Shown here: piece after piece, positions 52,969 through 64,000 of the stretch
Layout of the letters: each line of letters starts with the position of its first letter
Numbering within the stretch: the first letter of the stretch is position 1
From: Octopus sinensis
Taxonomy: Eukaryota
Assembly: GCF_006345805.1 (NCBI RefSeq)
Contig: NC_043012.1
Span: 21,328,001 to 21,392,000, forward strand
Reading direction: 5' to 3'
Length of the DNA: 64,000 nt
Translations under genes and position numbers: made by a program
Notes under the pieces: model-generated
The model's input: the letters and a program-made list of their open reading frames with translations, nothing else
The model's database searches: none
Told to the model about the DNA's origin: nothing

Positions 52969-53981
52969 TCAACTTCAGTGTAACCCGGGCTGCATATTCA
53001 AATACATCATCTTTCAAAAGATAGCAATGTGAGGTTTGAAGGAGATTTATCTGCTATTAATAGCAAGTCAAGCGACGACGATGAAACTCTCAGGCTGGCA
53101 TTTAAGTACAGAATGTTGAAAGAATAATAAATACATAGATTTGGTTCCCGTTGGTTTCTTTATAGCTTACAAGAGGACACTTTAGTTATTCGATGCATCA
53201 ACCGCTTTCACAAATTTAGTCTATTTGCGACAGCAGTGCCTAAATAGTCATTGATATTCTATATATCGTTGAGGGGTGTTTCGGCTGTTATGCCGCTACT
53301 AGACACCTGTCACTGAGGAACCTATAGCAGGGTGAAATTACGTGATCTGTCGGTTCCGGGAGCCGTAGCAGACGATTCTCATCTCTCAGCGATATAGTTA
53401 CGAGTGTGTTTTTTTTTTTTATGCACCACGAATCCATATGAGAGATCCTCTCAAAGTAAATAACACAAACTCCACGTTAAGCTGCGGATCAAAATTACCT
53501 TTTAGTATTAATAATGCCTCTTTCTCGCCATTAGAATATAGTTTTGACATCTGAACTTGAGAGTGAATACTGCGAAGTGCCTCACTAGTGTCGAGTTTTG
53601 AGCTGTTGACTAGTCAATCGATTCACTGATAAGAGTAAATTTGGCTTGCACAGGGCCAACACTCCTATCTAGAAAAAAACGCAAAATTACTTAAGCATCG
53701 ATGACAATAAAAAACCAGCAAAACTTGAGAGAAAGGCCTCCAGCCTCAAGGTCGGGAACAATAGAGAAAAGTTGTCAATGGCCTCTGCTCTACCGTCACC
53801 ACTATAATGCATCTGATCATAGGCCTGCTCGATCAGGGCTGGCCTTGGGCTAAACAACAACAACAATAACATTAACAATACTAATAACAGTAAGAAAACT
53901 CATTCATTGAGTAAACGAAGGAGACACAACATGGTCGGTGGATAGAGTAGAAATAACAACCAAATCTCCCTCAAATCATAC

Positions 53982-54203
53982 CTATTTCTTTACTACCCAC
54001 AAGGGGCTAAACACAGAGAGGACAAACAAGGACAGACAAACGGATTAAGTCCATTATATCGACCCCAGTGCTTAACTGGTACTTATTTAATCGACCCCGA
54101 AAGGATGAATGGCAAATTCGACCCCGGCGGAATTTGAACTCAGAACGTAGCGGCAGACCAAATTTCGCCCGGCGTGCTAACGTTTCTGCCAGCTCGCCGC
54201 CTT
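53982..54203 (-). mobile_element. SINE family A with 17-bp TSD (1 mismatch), inserted into an older repeat
   Basis: TCTCCCTCAAATCATAC at 53965-53981 versus TCTCCCTCGAATCATAC at 54204-54220. Confidence 0.93.
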
Positions 54204-54914
54204 TCTCCCTCGAATCATACAGGAAAGATCCGATGGAGTCTTAGACTCATTTCGTTTTTTAATAGTTTTATTAAAAAAGACGAGATTGTTAAAAAAAGGT
54301 GGAATGTATTTGGTTGTAAAGTATGTTTTCCTCTATCGGGACTGACCTGTACAACGACAGCATTAACAACAACAACAACAACAACAACCGTAATAGCAGC
54401 AATAAACAAACAACAAACAACAATCACAGCAACAACCATTCATTGTTCTACACGTGTCATTCCCACACCTGTCTCTCTAACACAGCACAACCTGTCATAA
54501 TCAATAATACAATCAGGACCAATGCAGTAGTTTGGTTGCTTCTGCATGCGCAACTGCTTATAGTGCTGCTGCTGCTGTTACACTGGTTCCAGAAGCTGCT
54601 GCTTACGATAGTGCTGCTGCTACTACAACTTAAACAACTATTAATATTATTGCTGTTGTTGTTGTTGTTGCTCTTCTAACTTATGCTGCTGTTGCCCTTG
54701 CTAGTTGAAGATGCCAAATGCAGAAATTGTTGCTGCGCAGACTGTCAAAACATGCAGGCCTGGCTGTTTGGTTAAAAAAACTCGCTTTGTAACCACGTGG
54801 TCTCGGGTTCGGTCCCATTGCGTGACACCTTGGACAAGTGTCTCCTAGTATAGCCCCGAGTCGACTAGTGCCTTTTAAGTGAATTTCGTAGGCGCAAACT
54901 GTGAGAAGCCCCTC

Positions 54915-54974
<60 letters not shown>

Positions 54975-55260
54975 ATATATATAATATATATATATGTGTG
55001 TATGTATATGTATATGTGTGCATGTGTGTGTTGTCATGTTTGTCCTCCACTACCGCTTGACACCCGGTGTCGTTTTGTTTACGTCTAATTTCTTTACGTA
55101 TAAATCCTCAAATCCTAAAAAATGTTTTAGCCCGAAGGCTGCGGCCATGCTGGGGCACCACCGCTGAATGAAGTAAAATGTAATTTTCGTTTATTATACG
55201 TTAGATATAATTGTGAGTGTGTCAGTATGTCTATGTATGTGTAAGTGTATTATGCTCGCC

Positions 55261-55302
<42 letters not shown>

Positions 55303-55985
55303 TGTAACAGTAAGTTGTCTAATATAGACATGTACAAGCTTTTTCAGAAGTTTGTCCACAAAAGTTTTAAGGACAGGACAACTTCATGATCCACCAAATA
55401 TAACATTTTTTTTTTTTGCATTATACTACGCACTAAACCCATAAAGATTTTAAATCGAGAAATTAACTATGCATTATATAATATATACACGACGGGCTTC
55501 TTTCAGTTTCCATCTTCCAGATCCACACACAAAGCTTTGGTTGACCCAGGACTGTTATAGAAGACACCCAAGATGCCACCTGCTAGGATTAAACCCGCAA
55601 CAGGTAGTAGGGAAGCAAGCTTATTAAACAGCCACGCCTGCATCGAGATTCATTTATAATTAATTTATAATTTATATTATCTTATCTACGAATAATTAAT
55701 GACTTTCTTGGTCTTTGTAAGAGACACCGAAGGCCACAGACTTTGTCATGGATCACTGGTGCAGCCAACGTCCCATATCCAGTAAGTTTTGTGCTGCTTG
55801 AGGATAATGTAATGTTTTTACCAACATTACCAGAGATTCCGAGTTTGTTTTCAACGGCCGCACGACTGTATTTATAGGTTTTGTACGTATGAAGGTTTGT
55901 GCGTATGTGTGTGTAAGCGTGGGTTTTTGTACCTATGGTTGTATGTGTATGTGTGTCTATGTGAAGTATCACAGTATTTATGTCT

Positions 55986-56212
55986 GCGAGCTGGCAGAAA
56001 CGTTAGCACGCCGGCCGAAATGCTTAGCGGCATTTCGTCTGCCGCTACGTTCGGAGTTCAAATTCCGCCGAGGTCGACTTTGCCTTTCATCTTTTCGGGG
56101 TCGATTAAATAAGTACCAGTTACGCACTTGGGTCGATATAATCGACTTAATCCGTTTGTCTGTCCTTGTTTGTCTCCTCTGTGTTTAGCCCCTTGTGGAT
56201 AGTAAAGAAATA
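55986..56212 (+). mobile_element. SINE family A with 13-bp TSD
   Basis: TSD AGTATTTATGTCT at 55973-55985 and 56213-56225. Confidence 0.93.
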
Positions 56213-56348
56213 AGTATTTATGTCTCTGTCTGTATATATGCATACTACGTAAATATTCGAGAATTCGTGTATAAAGGGGAGAGGGGGTTAAGATAATGAA
56301 AACTATAAAGAAACGAAAAAGAAAAAGAGTATGTATTCATATGCATAC

Positions 56349-56480
56349 CTGAGTACATAAAGGTAAATAACTGGGTGGGGGATCTTTTACATCCCTGGTG
56401 CGGCAACACCATGAAAGTAAATATATGTAATATATGGTAACATATATAAACAGGGCAGATTTTAGCCTTTTCTCCGCAGA
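56349..56480 (-). CDS. Candidate 132-nt exon (phase 0: SAEKRLKSALFIYVTIYYIYLLSWCCRTRDVKDPPPSYLPLCTQ)
   Basis: Acceptor TTCTTCATTTTTTCAG and donor CAG|GTATGC. 44 codons are open in two phases. Phase 0 gives a hydrophobic run, CC, basic residues and PPPSY. Confidence 0.25.
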
Positions 56481-56505
56481 CTGAAAAAATGAAGAACAAC
56501 CTTAA

Positions 56506-56720
56506 CCATTTAGTGTTTAAACCGACCATGTCTGGCCTAAAGTATTATGCCTGTTTTATGTTCAAACTGGTCAGATCTGGTCTCTCACACCAACCCTACA
56601 ATATCTTTAAAAAAATTAACAGCTACCTCATCAAAATATCATAGCTACAAGATAATGTAGTTCAAAACAATGTGTGTAAAAAAGGATTAATTTTGGCAGA
56701 ATAATGCGAACACTAAAGGG
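56506..56720. mobile_element. piggyBac-type MITE
   Basis: TTAA at 56502-56505 and 56721-56724 flank TIRs CCATTTAGTGTT / AACACTAAAGGG. Confidence 0.85.
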
Positions 56721-56906
56721 TTAATCGATTTTCGAAAAGATTTCTCCTCTTCTTACCCAAAATTTCTAAAATCTCCACAAACTTCGTGACCCACGAATGA
56801 ATATTACTCCAATTGATGGGTTGGTGTTGATATGGCAAATGTATAAACATCCCAAATCGCATCTAAAACCTATTGTATTGAGTGACAGGAAATAGTTCGC
56901 CAAAAA

Positions 56907-57139
56907 AGGCGGCGAGCTGGCAGAAACGTTAGTACGCCGGGCGAAATGCTAAGCGGTATTTCGTCTGCCACTACGTTCTGGGTTCAAATTCCGCCGAAGT
57001 CGACTTTGCCCTTCATCCTTTCGGGGTCGATTAAATAAGTACCAGTTACGCACTGGGGTCCATATAATCGACTCAATCCATTTGTCTGCCCTTGTTTGTC
57101 CCCTCTGTGTTTAGCCCCTTGTGGGTAGTAAAGAAATAG
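56907..57139 (+). mobile_element. Full-length SINE family A with imperfect TSD
   Basis: Flanks AAATAGTTCGCCAAAAA and AAATAGGTTGCCAAAAA. Confidence 0.92.
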
Positions 57140-57229
57140 AAATAGGTTGCCAAAAATGTACAACTTTTGGCCCACAGACATTCTGTCTCATGTTTCTGCC
57201 TTTTCTGCCGCTATTAGAGTGCTGCTAGA

Positions 57230-57470
57230 TCAGCTCATGCCAACCCAACCTTGCTACCAACTAAATAATATCTTTTCCTTTCCCCACACATATTAGGTTC
57301 ATCAAACCCTACCTCGTTACCTTTCCCTACACAGAGTTCTTCCTCCAATGTATGTTGTCCCCTTGGAATTCCTTTCCTGTTCATATTTTTCCAGTAGCTG
57401 TCGAATTGCGACTTTTTGAGGGACATTAAGCACATTGATCTCGGGATAGTGTAAGCCCTGGACACGGCCC
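57230..57470 (+). mobile_element. CR1/L2-like LINE 3' fragment
   Basis: FFLQCMLSPWNSFPVHIFPVAVELRLF matches the FFPRT..LWNSLP..FP...DL..FK RT tail. Confidence 0.6.
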
Positions 57471-58391
57471 TTTCTTCCTGATTAATTCAACAAAAGAATA
57501 TAACAGGTTCTCAGACCAAAGACAGAAAGATGAATTTTAAAATAGGAAAACAGCGAATGAAACAGTTTTACTTTGCATCATAAATTTATTGATGGCCCTC
57601 TTCTACCATCTCTGATATTTATTCAATTTTCAATGCTCACTCGCCTTTCAGGCATACTGTATTCTCCGACATGCAAATTAAATTTTCAAACCCAAATTTA
57701 CAGCTAAAAAAGGTAGGTCCACTTATACACGAAAACGACTTTGGGGGACAAAATGCAGCAGGATTTTGTAAAGATAATGACAATATTTGAATGTATACTC
57801 TACATATTTACACTATGCCCAACGCCGGCATACATGAGGAAAAAAATACGTCATACGAAGACATCAAATCTTATATCAATCTTCCAAGCTAGAAACAGTG
57901 ACAGCATTACATAATTAATTCATTGTGTAATACTGAATCGAAATATTACCGTGTGTATAACTTACAAGAAGATAGAATCTATCGCTATGATTTGTATGGG
58001 ACACATTCTTATACAAAGAACTAAATCGACTACGAAACAACATATTTTATTACAACTAATCATTTATCCATACAATAAATAATCAATTGTATGGTTTTTC
58101 AGAGATCGGAGGTATCTCCTGACGAATGATCGATCACATTGATTTCTTCTGAATAAGAAACAGTCGATTATATCGATTCCAGTACTAAATTGGTGCTTAT
58201 TTTAATTGATCCCAGAAGCAGGAAACTCAATTTTGCCTTCAGTACGACTTGAACGTAAGGGGCGGTATATTAATCCAGTAAAGTGTTATATCCAATGGTC
58301 AAACAATTATATTAATGTACTGATCTATACATACATACATACATACATACATACATACATACATACATACATACATACATACATACATACA

Positions 58392-58439
<48 letters not shown>

Positions 58440-59667
58440 ATATATATACATATGCATATACTGGCAGTTTTTTTAATTTTTGTTGTTGTTGTTACATAGG
58501 CTGCACAGTTTGTCGTTCCTATTCTACGCTATAGAACTTTCGACGATGAGCCACTTTCTAATGGCATTGTTCACGCCTCTGTTTTTAAGATTCTATATAT
58601 AATGTGAGAGTACTGTGAAATTACATTTGTGGGTTCAGATGATTCATTAATATGTTGTATAGAACAGATTTTGAAGGTGTTTACTGTTAACCTTATGTAA
58701 ACGATATTAGACGCATTTAATATTTTTGAAATACATTATGTGCTTACACATTTTTATCAATAACAAAATCTAGTAGCACTCTTTGATCTCAACTTGAATG
58801 CGAATTCAGAAATACATTGATCTCCTCTCTATCAACGGTACTAGTTTATACACCTGAAGTGGAATAACAGATGGAATTAAAATTGTATAAATAGGGTAGA
58901 CAGAAATTACATTCAATGCCTGATATGAACATCATATAAATTCATTTACAAACACGATAAGTTGCCCAACGTCATTGTCACTATATATATGGTATCTTAA
59001 ATACAGTGTAAGTAGAAACGTTTTTTAAAAGCCAGACTGTAAAAGAGAATGACAGTTGATATGTGCACAACTGAAAAGTTTTAAATTTTGACCATAACAA
59101 CGGTTTCAAATTTTGCCACAAGGCTAGCAACTTCGGGGGGAAAGATAAATGGCTTACACCGACCCCAGTATTCGACTGGAACTTGTTTTATCGACCTCGA
59201 TGGAACTTTGAACTCAGAACGTATAAATGGGCGAAATGTCACTGAGCATTTTGTACGGCGCGGTAACGATTCTGCCAGCTTGCCGTCTTCGTTCTGACTA
59301 TAAATAATAACGTCATGAAAAGAAGATACATCTTTTCCGCGATTTTCTATAGGAGAGAATTCAGTTTTATCCTTTTTGTATATTTCTGCAATGGATACTT
59401 TCGAATAACAAACTGGATAAATACCACCTCAAAAATAAAATTCGGCAATGTGGAAAGACCGTTCCTTATTAGCAACGCCAACTGTTTGTTTTTTTTTTGT
59501 TTGTTTTTTTTAGAATAACCTCTCCTGGGAAAACATAAGTACGGTACCGTACATAAATTACCAGTTATCTTATAGTAGAATTAATTTAACAAACACGTGA
59601 GCCACACACTGAACTCACAAAACCTGAAATAACTAATACAATGGATGCATTCAATGTTTTTGATTAA

Positions 59668-60180
59668 TCTATATATATAAAACTGTAGTTGTGTGAGTGT
59701 TTGTCCCCTTCGATTTAGATTCCTAACTACTCCCACATTTTGCGGTGCAGTTTAACCAAATTCGGGTATCTTATAGTCGTGATTCATATCGAGCCCGTCT
59801 GAGTATTAGCGCGCGTCTACGATGAGTCTACGATTTTAAAAATAATTTAACATCATTTTTTATTCCATTTTAATGCATAATTTTTCGTGTGTCGATGGCG
59901 GCGGAGTTGGCGTCCATGGTCACACCTGCACCTGTTTGCTTCTCCCCCTTCTTCCCTCCCTCGTGAAGCTGTGGGGAAGGGAGTGTAAGGAAATCAACGT
60001 CGTAAAGCGTTGTCAAGGAGACCAGCGTTCTTTTAGAACAACGACTTCATGGCTTGAAGACACCAAAACAGAAATGGCTAAGAAAGCCCGAATTGGCATC
60101 TATAAGGGAAGTAACTCTCTAAAAATGCTTATATAGTTATTTCCCTTACAAACCCGAGCAACGCCGGGCGATACTGCTAG
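59668..60180 (+). mobile_element. Non-autonomous Helitron (513 bp, long form)
   Basis: A|TC at 59668, hairpin CCCGAGCAACGCCGGG, CTAG|T at 60177-60181. It has a ~225-bp internal segment absent from the copy at 61694. Confidence 0.9.
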
Positions 60181-60971
60181 TTACATAATATGCGTTTGTT
60201 GGCAGCATGATTGAATAATTGAAAAATAAGTATATATCGCACGGAATGAACTCGTAGGCTTCGAGATGAATTAAAGTAACTAAACTACGGTTTTTTAAGC
60301 ATTTGGCTACGAAACTATAAACAGATGTATATACATCTAGATATTCTCTTCGTATACAGAAAAAAAATTAAGGAGAGTGTTCTGACATGTTTCACAGACC
60401 TTTGGCTTCTTATCTGCCTACAAAGAAAACTTATAGCAAATAACTTTAAGTATTTATTCTTCTGTCTGCAAACTGACTAATGATGCATTGACACATCTGT
60501 TTCAAGTTCCACAGCGAAAGACATAAAAATCAATAGAATACTTAAAATTTATCTTAAGCTTTCTAATACACGGTGTGTTATGCTTATATATACGATCTTA
60601 ATGTTCAAATTCCCACGCATCCATGAAATACATAACTAGATAAAATACACTGCATTAGCTGAAATACATAACTATACACGAATATTCACGTGTGTGTACC
60701 CTGGCCATTACTTAAATTAATATATCATACACCCCATTTCAAATTTCCTATGAAGTGAACTAATACTATTATATGTTTTTCCATTCACTTAGCGTCATAT
60801 TAGTATCCTTAATCCGCCTTAGATATTTAACCATATATATATGAGGAGGTAAGATGTCTATGTAAGTAAATATATATATATATATGTGTGTGTGTGTGCG
60901 TGTATGTATGTATGTATGCATGTATGTATGCATGTATGTATGTATGTATGTAGTGCTAGAAGTATATGTGC

Positions 60972-61034
<63 letters not shown>

Positions 61035-61489
61035 TACTCAGGAATTGAATGCCGGCGATTAGCTCTGAATTCAAAGAAATCAAATTGATAAGAAATAGAT
61101 CTCCCACGTTTCCCTCTGTTACACTGCAGTCTAGTGTAAGTAACGTGTTCTGAATAAGAAGCGTCTATTCTCAATAGCATAAATAGTTGAGTCATGTGTG
61201 TTTAAATCACCTGTCCAGATATGCAAAGAATTGCTCACAACGCAATAGAATTAGTTGTCCAATATTTGTGTACAAGCTTTGCTATCTAAGAGAATTAGCC
61301 ACTTAATTTAAGTGAAATGGCTTGTGTTCAAGTACGTGTGTATATTATATAGCATATAAAAGAATGAGTATAGATTTTTATTTCACACATATGCATATAC
61401 ATTGTGTGTGTATGTATGTATGTATGTATATATACATATATATGTGTGTGTGTGTGTGTGTATGTATATACACATACATATATATAGTA

Positions 61490-61690
61490 AGTGGTCGCAC
61501 GTTACAAGGTCCCTAGACAATGAAAACGTAAGAGCTACTAATATAAAATGGAAGCTAGACAGAAGTCAATAGGTGACGATGTACATTAGACTTGAAATAC
61601 TGGAAGTCATATTGAAGAGGAAAACAAGATGGTGGAAAGGAATTCCAAAGTTCAGAGGTGCGAGGAAAGAAACTGGTACTGCAAATATAT
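61490..61690 (-). mobile_element. CR1/L2-like LINE 3' end
   Basis: ORF 61555..61758 contains SFFPRTSELWNSFPPSCFPLQYDFQYFKSNVHRHL. Confidence 0.8.
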
Positions 61691-61693
61691 ATA

Positions 61694-61989
61694 TCTTTAT
61701 ATATAAAAGAGAGGTTGTGTGTCTGTCTCCTACGATTTAGATTCCTAACTACTCCCACATTTTGCGGTGCAGTTTAACCAAAACCGGGTATCTTATAGTC
61801 GTGATTCATATTGAGCCCTTCTGGGTATTAGCGCGCGTCTACGATGAGTCAACGATTTAAAAAAAAATTACCATCATTTTTTTTCCATTTTGAATGCATT
61901 TTTTTGCTATTTTTTGGCTATAACTCTCTAAAAATGCTTATATAGTTATTTCCCTTACAAATCCGAGCAACGCCGGGCGATACTGCTAG
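61694..61989 (+). mobile_element. Non-autonomous Helitron (296 bp, short form)
   Basis: A|TC at 61694, hairpin (T)CCGAGCAACGCCGGG, CTAG|T at 61986-61990. Confidence 0.9.
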
Positions 61990-62203
61990 TTTACATATAT
62001 ATGTGTATGTATGTATGTATGTATGTATGTATGTATGTATGTATGTATTTATGTATGTATGTACGTGTGTGTGTGTGTGTGTGTGTATTATAATGTGTCC
62101 TAATCTTTCTTGCAGCCTCACAATCCCTCCTATGTATTCTCGCGGTTTTGTCTTCCTAAAACTTGAAGCTATTTTGTGTTTCTAAACCTTCTCCTAAAAT
62201 CTC

Positions 62204-62447
62204 TACTCTTTACTCTTTTACTTGTTTCAGTCATTTGACTGCGGTCATGCTGGAGCACCGCCTTTTTTTAGTCGAGCAAATCGACCCCGGGACTTATTCT
62301 TTGGTAAGCCCAGTACTTATTCTATCGGTGTCTTTTTGCCGAACCGCTAAGTAACGGGGACATAAACACACCAGCATCGGTTGTCACAATGCTAGGGGGA
62401 CAACACACAGACACACAAACATACACACGCATATATATATATATATT

Positions 62448-62516
<69 letters not shown>

Positions 62517-62995
62517 TACGACAGGCTTCTTTCAGTTTCCGTCTACCAAATCCACTCACAAGGCATTGGTCGGCCCGGGGCTATAGCAGAAGACACTTGC
62601 CCAAGATGCCACGCAGTGGGACTGAACCCCGAACCATGTGGTTGGTAAACAAGCTGGAGCACTCCGTCGGTTACGACGACGAGGGTCCCAGCTGATATGA
62701 TCAACAGAACAGCCTGCTCGTGAAATTAACGTGCAAGTGGCTGAGCACTCCACAGACACGTGTACCCTTAACGTAGTTCTCAGGGAGATTAAGCGTGACA
62801 CACAGTGTGACAAGGCCGGCCCTTTGAAATACTGGTACAACTCATTTTTGCCAGCTGAGCGGACTGGAGCAACATGAAATAAAGTGTCTTGCTCAAGGAC
62901 ACAACGCGTCGCTTGGAATCGAACTCACGACCTTACAATCGTAAGCCACGCGCCTTCGGTAAACAAGCTACTTACCACACAGCCACTCCTACGCC
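62204..62995 (-). mobile_element. SINE family B split by a nested insertion
   Basis: The body runs 62204-62655 and resumes at 62958-62995 (GGTAAACAAGCTACTTACCACACAGCCACTCC). Confidence 0.92.
62656..62957 (-). mobile_element. SINE with a family-C-like head and different tail, nested in family B, 12-bp TSD
   Basis: TSD GGTAAACAAGCT at 62644-62655 and 62958-62969. rc head GAAGGCGCGTGGCTTACGATTGTAAGGTCGTGAGTTCGATTCC, body GTGTCCTTGAGCAAGACACTTT. Confidence 0.9.
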
Positions 62996-63373
62996 TTTTC
63001 AACATAGCTTTTCTGAATCCTTGCAAACTAAATGCTAGATTCAGTCTATTGGAAGGCAAAACAATAGGCAGACAAAGGGTTAAGATGTAGTCATGAGTAA
63101 AAAAAAGATTTGCATAGATAGTCAGAGTAATATTAAATACCAATTTCAGATGGTAAATATGATTTACAAGAATATACAATCACATATTCTTTACATTATA
63201 AAACGTAATCGTCGATTTATAGCAAATATTTACATATGCATATGTACATGTCTGCATGTGTTTCGTGTGTGTGTATGTGTGTGCATCTGTGTTTGTGCGC
63301 AGAGACATGTGTATGTAGCAAAAGAGAGAAAGGGAAAAAGAGGGCAGGACTGGAAACATGGTATGAATATGTA

Positions 63374-63429
<56 letters not shown>

Positions 63430-64000
63430 CATGTACACACCCAACACATTAGTCTGTCGCCAGCAATCTGTTGTGTTGATATGATGGAAATGTTTAAATA
63501 TATATATATAATATATATATATATAATATATATATATTGTGGTGTGTGTGTGTGTGTTGAGAAGATCGCTTGATTAGACATATACACGAGTGTTTGTGAC
63601 TGGTGTATGCGACTGAATTGTTTGCGTACTGTGTTTGCGTATAAGCATACACACACACAGACACGCACTCACTCACAAGTATGTGTATATGTGTGTGAGT
63701 GTGTGTGTGTGTGTGTGTGGTGTGTGTGTGTGTGTGTGTGTGTGCATACATGCATTTAAATATTCCAAACACTCACGTATACAAACCTCTACCACACACT
63801 TATGTGTGGTAGAGTTTTTACCATTGTTTCTCTGTATACATGAATCTACGTATGCATGTATGTATGTATGTATATAGGGACATTCGAGGGAAAACGCATT
63901 TAGAAAAGCAATCTTTTCTTTATTAATTGGATAGTCTTTCAATAAACGAATTTAGAGTTTGTCATATTTATATATATACATATAATATATAAATACATAT

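Noticed and set aside
54340-54720. Ala- or Leu-rich reading frames in an (AAC)/(GCT)/(GTT) region
   Set aside because: Degenerate trinucleotide repeat with a small internal duplication. The frames are closed by stops and there are no splice signals.

Overview
This is AT-rich, repeat-saturated animal genomic DNA. The microsatellite load and SINE repertoire look like an Octopus (coleoid cephalopod) genome, which is an inference from pattern recognition rather than a database hit. No intact, recognisable protein-coding gene is present. Almost all ORFs in the supplied track are translations of microsatellites or SINEs. Supported content: three or four tRNA-derived SINE families (several young copies with target-site duplications, one nested insertion), two defective mariner transposons, three non-autonomous Helitrons of one family, hAT and piggyBac MITEs, decayed RTE, CR1/L2 and Penelope LINE coding fragments, an element embedded in (ATT)n, and several minisatellites. 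The most interesting signal is a set of short Penelope-type modules carrying minimal type I hammerhead ribozyme motifs. These include a near-perfect 71-bp-arm inverted repeat with a hammerhead on each strand (16060-16206) and two same-strand hammerheads whose predicted cut sites are 226 nt apart (23371-23632, retrozyme/circRNA-like). Also notable are a 475-bp foldback element with 178-bp arms, a minisatellite made of STAT/kB-like motifs, and a speculative phase-compatible chain of small minus-strand exons. All alignments, folds and translations were done by eye, and coordinates of degraded elements are approximate.
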